A stretch of 64,000 bases of DNA, from the sequence record PP496436.1; one strand, given 5' to 3'. Under the pieces are notes generated by a model. The model saw nothing but the letters and a program-made list of their open reading frames with translations. It did not search any database and was not told where the DNA came from. Below, one piece after another: positions 18,054 to 28,074 of this stretch. Positions within the stretch are counted from its first letter, which is position 1. Every line of letters starts with the position of its first letter. The position numbers were made by a program, and so were the translations under genes.

Positions 18054-18398
18054 CTAGTTGAGCGCTTTGAGCGATTTCTTCTTTTGGAAGTCATCCCACA
18101 TCACGTCGTACTCTTCACGGGTGATACCCGGCTTGGCAATCTTGGCAACGTCCCAGAATTCGTCCTTAGTCATCAAGGAAAGCGACTCGGCGTTTTCACC
18201 GGTCAAGATCAGTTCGGCGCTGATGCAACTGAGAGTATACGAGCAGTTTGGGTCACCTCCCTCTCGGAGGCACAGTTCCCGTGATGCCAGCTTACGAGCT
18301 GAGAGTTCATCGTCAGCTTCGACAATGCCCAGATCACGTTCGTCCGGTTGGTCCATGCCTTGAACCATGTGATAGAACCTTACCTTGTACTGTGGCAT
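18054..18398 (-). CDS. Hypothetical protein
   Basis: AGGA SD before ATG 18398 (MPQYKV). Confidence 0.7.
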   Translation of the reverse strand: MPQYKVRFYHMVQGMDQPDERDLGIVEADDELSARKLASRELCLREGGDPNCSYTLSCISAELILTGENAESLSLMTKDEFWDVAKIAKPGITREEYDVMWDDFQKKKSLKALN

Positions 18399-18400
18399 GA

Positions 18401-18853
18401 TCAGTATCCTTTGGCCTTGATAGCCATGAGTAGGCGCAAGACGTGCTTGCATACCAGTGGGACCATTGAGGCGTTCTTGACGATGGGCTTCTCACCGTTG
18501 GAGTACACGATGTCGGCGGCACCTACTCGGTACAGCGCCACTTCCCACGTGAAGCAATGGTCTTCGCAGTCGCATTCCACCTTGATACCCGCAGCACGGC
18601 TCACCTTGGAGGCACGATCCAGCGCGGTGATCTTCACGCGGCGCTTCTGCGGGTTGGTGTTGATCCGGGTGCGCCGACTCTTAGCCGTGCACTCGACGAC
18701 GAGGTTGCCTTCCTTGTCAACGGAACGCTTTGGGGAATACAGGCGAACGTCACGGCTGCGCTCATACGTGTAAGGCATGTAGCGCACGGTTTCGTTGATC
18801 AGCTTCTTGAGGGGCAATCCCTTCTTACTTTTTTGCTTTACTACGCTCGCCAT
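18401..18853 (-). CDS. SWIM zinc-finger protein
   Basis: VECDCEDH...CKHVL matches CxC...CKH; start uncertain. Confidence 0.75.
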   Translation of the reverse strand: MASVVKQKSKKGLPLKKLINETVRYMPYTYERSRDVRLYSPKRSVDKEGNLVVECTAKSRRTRINTNPQKRRVKITALDRASKVSRAAGIKVECDCEDHCFTWEVALYRVGAADIVYSNGEKPIVKNASMVPLVCKHVLRLLMAIKAKGY

Positions 18854-20426
18854 CGCTCTGCTTCCGTCTCTTAGCAACCCGATCCCGCGCTTCCTTGGAA
18901 GCCTTCGAGCCACGTTTGGTTGAAGTACTGGATGCCTTGGTATGACCCTTCGGTGCCCCGGTCTTGGACTTCACGCCGTGCTTGACCTTGGCTACCGTGT
19001 CGGACTCGTAACGCTCCAGAATGCTGGTGATACGGTCACGTGCGTCTTCCTCGGTCATCTCCGGAACAGGATCCCCGTTCTCGTCCAGCACCTGTGTTTC
19101 AGGAACTGCGCCGAACAACGACGAGGTCTTGCCGGGGCCAGTGGTCGGCAGCGAGTTCAGGAAGAAGGAATACTTGTTCCGAGTCGCGTCGTAACCTACG
19201 TCCACTACGCTGTCGATCAGATCGTACAGCTTCATCGACTCACCCTTGCCACCGCGAGTCTTCAAGTGACCGTTTACCACCTCACGCACTTCCTTGTCGG
19301 TAGAGTTCATGATGATCTCAGTCATCGATGTCACAATCCGATTGTAGGTGTACATGTTGTGGTAGGCCAGCAGGAAGGTGGACACGTTGCCGCCAATCAC
19401 GCTGAGAACGTCGGTGTACTTGATCGCGGTGCACACTGGGCAGTTGCACGGCAGATGGTTGAACGGGCTCGGGCTGTTCACCTTGTCGAACATCTTGAAG
19501 AAGCCCGGCGGGGTGCTGATGTGCTCTTGGAAGTAGTAGCCCTTGGATACCGATTCCTGCAACCACGTAGAGGCGTCACTGGTGATCAGCGGGGCCAGGC
19601 CTTTCTTCGCCATGTAGATCAGCGGATAGACCAGCGAGAGCTTGGCGACACCGAGCATGTGGTACTGCTCGTATTTGCGACCGGTAACCATCTGCTGGAT
19701 GATCTTGGCGATGGCAGTCATCTGGGTATCGTAATACGTGCCACCCATGGCCAGACGAGTTATGTCGTCACGCTCTACCAGTTCACGGTAGCGGCTTACT
19801 TCTTCCTGCGTGTTACCGTGGAAGATGTTCATCAGCTCCAAACTGGGACGCTTGTTCTGCATCATCAGTTCGGTGTTTGCAGCCTGCACTCGACCCAAGC
19901 GCTGATACAACTCTGGATCGTTGAAGTGCATCGGGATATCGAGCACGATACCGATGTCTGCATTGTTGTTGTACCACTGGATGATCTCCATCGGGTCTAG
20001 GTAGTCGAGACGACCCATACCGAGCTGGAAACCTCCGGAGTCCGCGACGATGTGTCGAGACTTGTCAGCGAATGCAGTCACGTCACCTTTACGGGTGTTG
20101 TGAGAAATACTGTCTTTGTTGATGTGCTGGGTGTAGTTGACCATGTACTGGCTGACACCCATATCTCGCGCCGTAAGATCGTCAAACGCACTCATGTGAT
20201 ACATCTCGTCGAACGACCCATCTGCCCAGCGCGTGGACACAGCATGGTGGGTATTGGACACGATGAACAGGTCACGGTCGGGACACTTGAGGAAGATATG
20301 GTTGCCACCGATTTCCACTAAGTCGATCTTGTTGGGGTTCTTGGCGTAACGGACGTATACCGAAATGCCTCCATGCGCGGGGTAGAACACTCCAGCAGGC
20401 ACCAGTTTGAATTGACCAGGCGTCAC
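18825..20426 (-). CDS. tRNA-guanine transglycosylase-fold protein (TGT/DpdA-like)
   Basis: IVADSGGFQ, VLDIP, HMLGV, ITSDAST and zinc site CNCPVC...HN; AGGAG SD before GTG. Confidence 0.85.
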   Translation of the reverse strand: MTPGQFKLVPAGVFYPAHGGISVYVRYAKNPNKIDLVEIGGNHIFLKCPDRDLFIVSNTHHAVSTRWADGSFDEMYHMSAFDDLTARDMGVSQYMVNYTQHINKDSISHNTRKGDVTAFADKSRHIVADSGGFQLGMGRLDYLDPMEIIQWYNNNADIGIVLDIPMHFNDPELYQRLGRVQAANTELMMQNKRPSLELMNIFHGNTQEEVSRYRELVERDDITRLAMGGTYYDTQMTAIAKIIQQMVTGRKYEQYHMLGVAKLSLVYPLIYMAKKGLAPLITSDASTWLQESVSKGYYFQEHISTPPGFFKMFDKVNSPSPFNHLPCNCPVCTAIKYTDVLSVIGGNVSTFLLAYHNMYTYNRIVTSMTEIIMNSTDKEVREVVNGHLKTRGGKGESMKLYDLIDSVVDVGYDATRNKYSFFLNSLPTTGPGKTSSLFGAVPETQVLDENGDPVPEMTEEDARDRITSILERYESDTVAKVKHGVKSKTGAPKGHTKASSTSTKRGSKASKEARDRVAKRRKQSDGERSKAKK

Positions 20427-20518
20427 TGCGCGTACTCCTATGTAAGGGTTAAAACCCGCGTCCCAGTTTCCCAGAACGCGGGTTGGTTACACGCTATTTA
20501 CAGGCGTGTTGGCCCTAC

Positions 20519-21094
20519 TTACTTCGAGTCGGCAGCTTTGGCTTCTTTCTTGGCTTCCTTTTCGGCAGCCTCGGAATCAGCCTTGGTGAAGATCGCTTGG
20601 ATCAGGTGTGCGGCGGCGCGTGGGTTGTGCGAGTTGCGATCCAGAATCGTGCGGATCTCTTGTAGGCTGGCACCCGCACCCGACTTGCCGGAAGTGGACT
20701 TCGCGCCTTCGTCGTGAGCATTGATCTCGACGGCGTGGAGTTCGTCCTTGGTCAGCAGGGTCAAGCCGTTGGCTTGGACGTAACGATCTACGACCAGCTT
20801 CGTGTCGGACTCGGACAGTTCTTCCGGGTTGAACGACTTGATCTGTTCGTTGCCAACCTGGCCTTCAACGTCGGAACCGATCACGTTGGTGGCTTTGGCC
20901 AGATCTTCCGGAGTGGCCTTGTCTTTCGCAGCCGCTTGACCTGCACCGCCGGTATCGACCGCGCTCGCATCGGAAGAAGTGGAAGGAGTGGGCTTGGCCG
21001 AGGTTTCAGACTTGGCAGCAGTTTCCTTCGCTTCTGTAGTCGCTTTGGTTTTGGTCTTGTCGTCGGCAGCAGGTTTCGAGGATTTAGCAGTCAT
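20519..21094 (-). CDS. Low-complexity Ala/Thr/Lys-rich hypothetical protein
   Basis: AGGAG SD before ATG 21094. Confidence 0.75.
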   Translation of the reverse strand: MTAKSSKPAADDKTKTKATTEAKETAAKSETSAKPTPSTSSDASAVDTGGAGQAAAKDKATPEDLAKATNVIGSDVEGQVGNEQIKSFNPEELSESDTKLVVDRYVQANGLTLLTKDELHAVEINAHDEGAKSTSGKSGAGASLQEIRTILDRNSHNPRAAAHLIQAIFTKADSEAAEKEAKKEAKAADSK

Positions 21095-21175
21095 GGTGAA
21101 TCTCCTAACATTGGAATTACCACCCAAGAGGCCTCTCGGTGTGGGATGTTGCAGTGCAGCACTTGCGGTAGATGG

Positions 21176-22273
21176 TTACTCCGGGTTCCGGTCGAAGCCC
21201 TTGCCGCGCATGGCGGTGAAGCTCTTCTCAACCAGCCGGTGGATCGATTTCGGCAGCTTCTCACCTATGGCGTACCAGCGCACGGCTTCACAGAAGAATT
21301 CCGATGGGTTCTTCTGGCTGTACTCACCGATAGGTGATTCCATGATGTTGACCGGCAGGTCAGTGGTCGGCCACACGGCGTCGGGCACCAGATTGCCGGA
21401 CAGGAGGATGTTCAGCTTCTCCTCATCCAGATAGTGGTTCTCGCCGACGTACGTGATGATCGCTGCCAGAGCCGCTTCATCTTTCTCGTTCATGCTGGCG
21501 TAGGCCAGTTCGGTGTTGCCCTTCTTGATCAGCGTACGCACGATCCGATCCAGCTGCTTCTTCGACGCCGTATCTTCGATTACGTACTTGTGGTACTCGC
21601 TGATCCAGAGTGCCTGAATGGAATCAGGCATCAGTCGGCTCATCAGTCCGTGGGCGAACTCATGCGCAACCAGATGCTGCACGTAGTTGACGTTCTGAGC
21701 TTCCTTCGGTCGCAGGCGAACACGGTCCATTGGCTCTTTCGCCATGTTCACCGTGGTGTAGTCGCCGTCGTACTTACCTTTCGGTTCATGCAGCTCGATG
21801 CGCAGTGGGAAGATAGCGTCCAGTCCCCAGCCTTTGTACTGCTCGTACACGTTGTCCAGCCCGGTCATCAAACCTTTGAAGCTGGCTTCGTCCAGATCGG
21901 GGATGTAGCTGAACACCGGACCGTAAGGCTTGTCGTCGAAGCTGTCATGGCGCAGCAAAATGGTGCAACCGTAGACGCTACCCGGCTCAGGACGTGGGCC
22001 AAGGTTGAGGATGACTTGAGCGTGCGGGACACGGGTGAGCATCTCGTCATCCAGCTCGTAGTCTTCCGACTTGTTCAACGCACCCAAGTCGGCGCCGGTG
22101 ACTTCGGAACCTTTGAGACTGTACACACGCAAGGCGAGCTTGCGGTACTTAGGTTCGCCGCCTTCATCCTCGTTCTTGGACGACTTGCTGATCTTGACGA
22201 TCACGATGTCCCCGGCATTGACCGGGACCAACGGCACCTCTGGAGCTGCCTTATTACGGTCTTTCTTTTTCAT
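21176..22273 (-). CDS. Zincin-like (HExxH) metallopeptidase-domain protein
   Basis: LVAHEFAHG and downstream YSQKNPSEFFCEA. Confidence 0.7.
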   Translation of the reverse strand: MKKKDRNKAAPEVPLVPVNAGDIVIVKISKSSKNEDEGGEPKYRKLALRVYSLKGSEVTGADLGALNKSEDYELDDEMLTRVPHAQVILNLGPRPEPGSVYGCTILLRHDSFDDKPYGPVFSYIPDLDEASFKGLMTGLDNVYEQYKGWGLDAIFPLRIELHEPKGKYDGDYTTVNMAKEPMDRVRLRPKEAQNVNYVQHLVAHEFAHGLMSRLMPDSIQALWISEYHKYVIEDTASKKQLDRIVRTLIKKGNTELAYASMNEKDEAALAAIITYVGENHYLDEEKLNILLSGNLVPDAVWPTTDLPVNIMESPIGEYSQKNPSEFFCEAVRWYAIGEKLPKSIHRLVEKSFTAMRGKGFDRNPE

Positions 22274-22292
22274 CGGTAGGGTCTCTTGCGGA

Positions 22293-22580
22293 TTAAAGGC
22301 GGGCAGCGAGGAGTTCGCAGAACTGCTGCACGGTTAGATACTGGGCTTCAGCTTGCTTGACCAGTTCACTGACCAACTTGTCTGGCACTTCACAATCAAT
22401 GCCTTCATAGTCCTCCAGTGCCATGGCAAACTCTACCCAGTCCAGTGAATCGAGTCCCATGTCTAGAACCAGTGTATCCGGCTGCGCCATAAAAGGTGCA
22501 ACGTTCACATTCAACCTCGGTGTGGGCAGCGCGTGCAGACATTGGATGACAGCAGATGTTACAACATTGATGTGAAGCAT
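22293..22580 (-). CDS. acpP: Acyl carrier protein
   Basis: DMGLDSLDWVEFAMALED matches the phosphopantetheine site (LGxDSLDxVELxMxLEE). Confidence 0.85.
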   Translation of the reverse strand: MLHINVVTSAVIQCLHALPTPRLNVNVAPFMAQPDTLVLDMGLDSLDWVEFAMALEDYEGIDCEVPDKLVSELVKQAEAQYLTVQQFCELLAARL

Positions 22581-22642
22581 GAATCTTACCTATGACGAAT
22601 ACGAACAAACCCGCCAGACAGTAGCCTAGCGGGTGCTGGGGT

Positions 22643-23263
22643 TTAGTTTACCGCGACTTCAACCTCGGGTGCTTCCGGGACCGCATTGTCTCGGATACGA
22701 GCCGCCCAAGGCTTGTCAGCGAATGTGCCCCGCTTAAGGTGAATGTGGGGCAGGATCGGATCAGGTATGGCCTGATTGGGAAGCAGCGTTGTCTCGATGC
22801 GCTTCCCATTACGCTTGCGGGCGCCCAGCTGAAAGATGTACGTTGGGACTCGACTGCCCGCCACCACCTTCGGGAACCTGCTATTCAGGGTAAGCTGATG
22901 TTCTACGTCTTTTGCTTGATGCAGGAACACTACGCCGACCAGGTTGGGATTCGCCAAGATAACGACATCCCGCTTGACCCCGGCCAGTTTGTTGTACTCT
23001 TTGCCGTCAGCCCGATACGCAATCTCACACGGTTCGGACATATCGCCCCACGGCATCTCCACGCCGACCGGATCGTTCCCCAACTCATCCAGACAGTATG
23101 AAGCGGCATGGGTTTCAGCACCTCGGCAGCGGCTGTTAATGATCGCCACCTCTTTCGGATTGAGTCCCATGTGTTGAATCACAGAGTTCAAGCATGCAAC
23201 CATCAAAGGATAGGTCGTGAAACCATAATCCCCGATCACGGCGATCAGCTTCTTATCGGACAT
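22643..23263 (-). CDS. SLOG-superfamily (YspA/DUF2493-like) protein
   Basis: LIAVIGDYGF...IINSRCRGAETHAASYC...RDVVIL resembles iiv.GsR.f....GgarGaD..a; AGGAG SD. Confidence 0.55.
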   Translation of the reverse strand: MSDKKLIAVIGDYGFTTYPLMVACLNSVIQHMGLNPKEVAIINSRCRGAETHAASYCLDELGNDPVGVEMPWGDMSEPCEIAYRADGKEYNKLAGVKRDVVILANPNLVGVVFLHQAKDVEHQLTLNSRFPKVVAGSRVPTYIFQLGARKRNGKRIETTLLPNQAIPDPILPHIHLKRGTFADKPWAARIRDNAVPEAPEVEVAVN

Positions 23264-23310
23264 GGTAGTGCTCCTACAGGTAGACTTATGGGTAGTGTTG
23301 ACCCATTGAA

Positions 23311-23934
23311 TTAGTAGGTATAACGGGGAGCTGCTGGAGTCTCAGGAACGACCAGTTGGTGCGTAGGGAAGAGCGAACCGATCACGATGCGGAAATACTG
23401 GCCTTCGCCGCACTCCGGGATATTGAACGACATAAAGAACTTTCCGTCGTCCTTATCGGTGCCGCTTTCCAGTCCCATGTCTTCCCAACGCAGGATCTTC
23501 TGAGCTTCCAGATACTTGGTGTCGGCGATCTCAACGATGGTGACTTCGTGCAACATGGTCAGCAGGCTGGCGCTACCCCGCAGTGCCTTGAGCGGCAAGC
23601 GATAATACTCGTAGCACAGATCGTTGAGAACCTTGAGGAACGTAACGTCGCTCACCTTGGGCAACTTGGTGAAGTCCACCGTGTGAGAGTAACCCTGCGA
23701 ACCCAGCTTGCCGCTGATGTTGCGGGTCATCATCGGTGGGCGGGCTACAGGCTGGTCTTGGTGGAACTGGGCCAGCGCCTCTCGCACGTTGTCCTGTGCG
23801 TCACGTGCCGACTGTTGCGCCTCAGTCAGTGGCTTGTGGTGCTGGCCGCGACGAGAGCTGGCGTGCTGGAAGGCGTCGTTGTTGGACGCATTGTGCTGGG
23901 TACGATATGCCGAAGTAGGTGCTGGAATGGTCAT
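23311..23934 (-). CDS. Hypothetical protein
   Basis: AGGA SD before ATG 23934. Confidence 0.7.
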   Translation of the reverse strand: MTIPAPTSAYRTQHNASNNDAFQHASSRRGQHHKPLTEAQQSARDAQDNVREALAQFHQDQPVARPPMMTRNISGKLGSQGYSHTVDFTKLPKVSDVTFLKVLNDLCYEYYRLPLKALRGSASLLTMLHEVTIVEIADTKYLEAQKILRWEDMGLESGTDKDDGKFFMSFNIPECGEGQYFRIVIGSLFPTHQLVVPETPAAPRYTY

Positions 23935-23944
23935 GGTCTTGTTC

Positions 23945-25045
23945 CTATAGGTTGCGGACTTTAATGAGGTTGCCACTGGATGCGGCGATTAACATGGTCT
24001 TGGTTAGCCCTCGCTTGCTGAAGCACAGATCGTCATCGGCGAGCGGGCAGCTGAAATAATCATTCTTCATGATCTCGTCGTGATCCGCCTTGCAGTGGCA
24101 GGGTCGCAACTTTTCGATCTTGTCGAATGTGGTCAACAATGCTGATTTACTGCGAACTTTCAACAAGTCCCTCCAGAGCTCCCATCCCAGCTCGTATTCT
24201 GCCATGAGTTTTCGCAGTTGGCGCTTCTCTTTCTCTGGCAGTATATCGCCCACGATCACGCGGCGATGGAAGTTGTCTCGGGTGATGTAGATCAGCATCC
24301 ATCCTTCAATGACGATGTTGTGCATCATCTCAAGCAGCACGATGTACGACTTGATCTGGGGCACGTTGGCTTTGGCCGGGAACACGCCACCTTCTTTCTG
24401 GTGCTTCATCACCTTGTAGCTGGACGTGGTCTTGTAGTCGATCACGTAGTACTTGCCGTCAAGCCAGAGCAGTCCGTCGGTGTGACCCGTGATGTTCTTG
24501 CCATATCGAACTGCCAGCTCTTCATAGCGGAAGAACTTGTGCCCACACTTGACGCACTTGCCGGGATGGGGCGAGAACTCGTGGTTGTGTTTACACTTCT
24601 TGCAGTAGTAGTCGCCGACGATGGCCCGCTTGAGGCCCTTCATAAATTTCTGGCGACTCAGCTTCTTCTTCGTGGCTGTATCAAGGACCTTGGCGTTACG
24701 GCGTGCCGTGTCTCCCATGGCGAATGGGGTCAGGCTGACAGCGTGCTGGAACGTCTCGTGCACCGCCGTACCGATGGACGTATAGAAGCCGCCACCGACA
24801 ACTTCTTCCTCACGTTCCATAACCAGACCGCTTTCCAGCGTGGCGATGGCATGGTAGATTGGGCAGAACGGGAACGAACTAGGATGAAGATCCATCACCC
24901 GTGTTTCAGACATGTGGCGAACGTCCGTGACTTTGCACGCCTCCGCCATGATGCGTTCCATTTCTTTGAGCGCGTCGGCCATAGGACCAGATACTACCTG
25001 ATGCCGACTCACTAACCCGATGTTTGCTTTTCCGAAACCTTTCAT
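23945..25045 (-). CDS. Cas4-like PD-(D/E)XK exonuclease
   Basis: PSSFPFCP, GTAVHE, TGHTDG...VIDYKT, C-terminal Cys cluster; inserted CKKC..CVKC ribbon. Confidence 0.8.
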   Translation of the reverse strand: MKGFGKANIGLVSRHQVVSGPMADALKEMERIMAEACKVTDVRHMSETRVMDLHPSSFPFCPIYHAIATLESGLVMEREEEVVGGGFYTSIGTAVHETFQHAVSLTPFAMGDTARRNAKVLDTATKKKLSRQKFMKGLKRAIVGDYYCKKCKHNHEFSPHPGKCVKCGHKFFRYEELAVRYGKNITGHTDGLLWLDGKYYVIDYKTTSSYKVMKHQKEGGVFPAKANVPQIKSYIVLLEMMHNIVIEGWMLIYITRDNFHRRVIVGDILPEKEKRQLRKLMAEYELGWELWRDLLKVRSKSALLTTFDKIEKLRPCHCKADHDEIMKNDYFSCPLADDDLCFSKRGLTKTMLIAASSGNLIKVRNL

Positions 25046-25293
25046 ACTTCAACCCACCGGGCTAACTTGAACCGTTGAGACTTACTCATGGTTAGCAGGA
25101 GGTGGCCGAGTGCTTCGCCTTCCTGATCCCCTACCTGCCTAGCATTGTTGATGCACCAGTTCACGTGACCGTCGGCCATGTTGAAATCTTCCAGTACGAT
25201 ATGCAGGCTACCCCATGTAGGGTTCTTCTTGTAGTAGCGAAGAAAGCGCTCCAGTACATCAGGTGGCACTGGCTTATTCTTTGGTGCAGTCAT
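25042..25293 (-). CDS. Hypothetical protein
   Basis: 83-aa ORF with ATGA overlap to the next gene. Confidence 0.7.
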   Translation of the reverse strand: MTAPKNKPVPPDVLERFLRYYKKNPTWGSLHIVLEDFNMADGHVNWCINNARQVGDQEGEALGHLLLTMSKSQRFKLARWVEV

Positions 25294-25356
25294 ATATAAG
25301 CCTTTTGAGTCATGTAAATGTTCGATAATTATGGGCTATTTACCGAGGTAATGGCA

Positions 25357-26475
25357 ATGGCCAGCCACGTCAAGCAAGATTATGCAGCGATCAGTGCGGC
25401 GCACCGTACGATCCTGCGGGAGATCGAAAGAATCCCAGGTCGCAAGAAACACAAGCCGACCAACATCGAGATTCAGTGCCCGTTCCACCCCGGAGACAAT
25501 ACGCCGTCCTGCGGCATTTATATAGGCACGGGCGGCACGCTACCCCTAGGTTGGTTCTACTGTTTGGGTTGTGGTGCCAAAGGTCCGTGGAATAAGCTGG
25601 CCGAGAAGTTGAAGCTGCAAACCATTGCGAGGTCCGATACCAAACGGGACAGCGCCTCCGTATCCAGTACGGAAATGGATCGGGCCAGGTTGAAGTGCAT
25701 GGGTGCCGACAAGACCGGGGTAGATCAGTACGCCAGTGTGATGCGTCTGGGAATGCCCAAGCCGTTTGACAGGCCCAAGTGGCGGGGTATCAGTGGTGCC
25801 TTGATGCGGGACTTGGGTGCTCAGATAGCAGTAGACACGACCAGCAAGCGGCTGCGTGAGGTGTTGCTGCTACCACTGACTCTATATGGGGAATTGGTTA
25901 CTGTCATCAAGGCAGCGATGTACAAAGTGAAGGGTGACCTGAGCTATGTCGTGTATGACGAAGCGGATACCAAGACGAAAGGGTTGTTCGGCTTCGACCT
26001 AGTGGTGGATATGCTGAACAAAGGCAAGTATCAGTGGGTGGTGCTCGTTGAAGGCCAGCGTGATGCGTTGCGCCTGATCCAGTACGGCATCCCGGCCATC
26101 GCTATCCTTGGCACCCAGAGTTGGACAGCGGAGAAACGTGACCTGCTGGTAGGCTTGGGTACAGGGGTGGCCGTGATGATGGATGGTGACCCGGCAGGTG
26201 TAGCGGCAGCGAGAAAGATCATGCCGGATTTGCGCCGTCTAACCGAAGTCCGGGAAATAGATCTGATGCCGCTGACTGAGGAATTCGGGCAGAAGGTGGA
26301 TCCCGGCAACATGCCCATCTGGAAAATCAAGGAGCTGCAGACACTCAATGTCAGCAGTCGCAAACTTCGGGGTCGCAGAGTTCCCCGGTACAGTCGCAGG
26401 CAGGAACGTGTCGATAAGCAAACACGTCAAGGCCAAGTTAACCGATATCAAGTTGAACTGGAGCAGTCAGAATGA
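25357..26475 (+). CDS. dnaG: DNA primase (CHC2 zinc finger + TOPRIM)
   Basis: CPFH..DNTPS..FYCLGCG; VVLVEGQRDA..AIAILG..MMDGDPAG; GAGG SD 8 nt before ATG 25357. Confidence 0.9.
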   Translation: MASHVKQDYAAISAAHRTILREIERIPGRKKHKPTNIEIQCPFHPGDNTPSCGIYIGTGGTLPLGWFYCLGCGAKGPWNKLAEKLKLQTIARSDTKRDSASVSSTEMDRARLKCMGADKTGVDQYASVMRLGMPKPFDRPKWRGISGALMRDLGAQIAVDTTSKRLREVLLLPLTLYGELVTVIKAAMYKVKGDLSYVVYDEADTKTKGLFGFDLVVDMLNKGKYQWVVLVEGQRDALRLIQYGIPAIAILGTQSWTAEKRDLLVGLGTGVAVMMDGDPAGVAAARKIMPDLRRLTEVREIDLMPLTEEFGQKVDPGNMPIWKIKELQTLNVSSRKLRGRRVPRYSRRQERVDKQTRQGQVNRYQVELEQSE

Positions 26476-27566
26476 AGAAGAGTTCGTGGGGTGCAATCTT
26501 TCGATATACGTGGGCAGACATGTTCAGGGGAATGGGGCCAGACTGGGCTCGTACGTGGAAAGACATACACGGAGGTATATACGGACCCAACACGCCACTG
26601 ATGTGGGTTCTTAAAGCGATCATCACCGTGATCATAATCTTGGTATCCATGGTGGTGTTCGTTATTCCTCTTATGATCACCGTATTCTTCGGAAACCTGT
26701 GGGAGAACTACAAGCGGTTCCGTAGTCCGGACAGGCACTATGCTGCGGGTCGCCGTACCAGACGAAAGCTTGATCTTCTCCTTCGTGCGTATAACGTCGT
26801 GGACATTGATCGGCAGCAAGGAACCCGGCCAATGGTGCGTGAGGTTATGTTCGAACCGTTCTGGGGCGACTTCATTCGCCGATGGAGGTCAGTGGCTTCG
26901 GATAAACCTGTGAGCCGTGACGATATTCCCAAGCCGGATGCGTCCGGGGTCATTCCAGTCGTGCTCCCGCTTGTGCGTAACGCTGCAGGCGGGGTTTCCG
27001 ACATTCCGGCACCCCAACGTACCGTTCCACGCATATCGAAGCGCCTGGACCGTCCTGTGAAGCGTCGATCAGTGGCAGTGACTACCGTGACGGTGGAAGG
27101 TGAAAGCCGTCCGTTAGGGCACGGCTGGACGATCAGGGAAGAGATTGTTGCGGGGCATGTAGCACCCGGTCTTGAAGTTAAGGTAGGCCGCATGTACCGG
27201 GAACCCGAGGGAGAGGAAGTCAAAACTGCGCAGGGGACTTTAGACTCAGGTGAAGCTTGGATTGACGCGAGCACTTTCCCTGAGAGTTATATCCTGTCGG
27301 CAACAGGAGGCGGAGGACGGTCAATTCGGGTGAAAGCGGGGACCGAAATCACCCGAGGTCAGTTGGTCGTCCTTGAACGAGGAAAGGCGTATCCGGTCCT
27401 CACGACTGCGGAGATCAACCGGCGAAAGGAAATACAGGAACAGGTGGCGCAGGAGTTCCTCAGTATGCTAGATCCAGACATGGCCGATCACAAGTTCTCC
27501 TTTGGTCGAATGGGTACCCTCGAGGGTATGACGATCCACTGTGACCTGAATAAACCCGAGCAGTAA
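26472..27566 (+). CDS. Membrane-anchored hypothetical protein
   Basis: Long hydrophobic stretch AIITVIIILVSMVVFVIPLMITVFF; ATGA overlap with primase. Confidence 0.7.
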   Translation: MKKSSWGAIFRYTWADMFRGMGPDWARTWKDIHGGIYGPNTPLMWVLKAIITVIIILVSMVVFVIPLMITVFFGNLWENYKRFRSPDRHYAAGRRTRRKLDLLLRAYNVVDIDRQQGTRPMVREVMFEPFWGDFIRRWRSVASDKPVSRDDIPKPDASGVIPVVLPLVRNAAGGVSDIPAPQRTVPRISKRLDRPVKRRSVAVTTVTVEGESRPLGHGWTIREEIVAGHVAPGLEVKVGRMYREPEGEEVKTAQGTLDSGEAWIDASTFPESYILSATGGGGRSIRVKAGTEITRGQLVVLERGKAYPVLTTAEINRRKEIQEQVAQEFLSMLDPDMADHKFSFGRMGTLEGMTIHCDLNKPEQ

Positions 27567-27571
27567 GAAAT

Positions 27572-27622
27572 AAAAACCCCCCAAGCATCTCGGACATTGC
27601 GCCGATGGCTTGGGGGGTTTTT
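27572..27622. terminator. Bidirectional intrinsic terminator
   Basis: AAAAACCCCCCAAGC...GCTTGGGGGGTTTTT between convergent genes. Confidence 0.9.
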
Positions 27623-27627
27623 ATTTC

Positions 27628-28074
27628 TTACTTGACAGCTCCGCCGACAATTGCGGCAGCAGGGCTGTACTTCGCCATCGGGTCTTCCGGCAAGGGAACG
27701 TCTTTGCACTGGTCCTCCTTGAGGTCACGCCGGTAGTAGCACAGGAGTACCTTGTCCGACTTGATGTACCCCATGATCGATTGCAGATTGACACCCATGC
27801 TCAGGTAGTCCTGCCATGATAGTGCCACGAACGTGGTCTTTCCATCAGCGACTTGCTTCTCGAACTCATCGATGTTCTTGTCGCTGACCACTTTCCACGT
27901 GACCGACTTAAGGCTTAGCGCTTGCTGCCTTGGTGGATGGAACTGGGGGATTACTCCCGCATCTTCCGCCGGTTGCACATTGGAGGTCGTTGAGCACGCT
28001 GTTAGAAGCATTGTTAATACGACGCTCAACAAGGGTAGGCTTCTTGCGTACGACTTCTTCAGTCTTTTTATCAC
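27628..28074 (-). CDS. Outer-membrane spanin (Rz1-like lipoprotein)
   Basis: GGAG SD before GTG 28074; lipobox LLTAC; overlaps the i-spanin in another frame. Confidence 0.75.
   Translation of the reverse strand: MIKRLKKSYARSLPLLSVVLTMLLTACSTTSNVQPAEDAGVIPQFHPPRQQALSLKSVTWKVVSDKNIDEFEKQVADGKTTFVALSWQDYLSMGVNLQSIMGYIKSDKVLLCYYRRDLKEDQCKDVPLPEDPMAKYSPAAAIVGGAVK

Noticed and set aside
23945-25045. Cas4 as evidence of a CRISPR-Cas locus
   Set aside because: No cas1/cas2 or repeat-spacer array; solo Cas4-like nucleases are common phage recombination enzymes.
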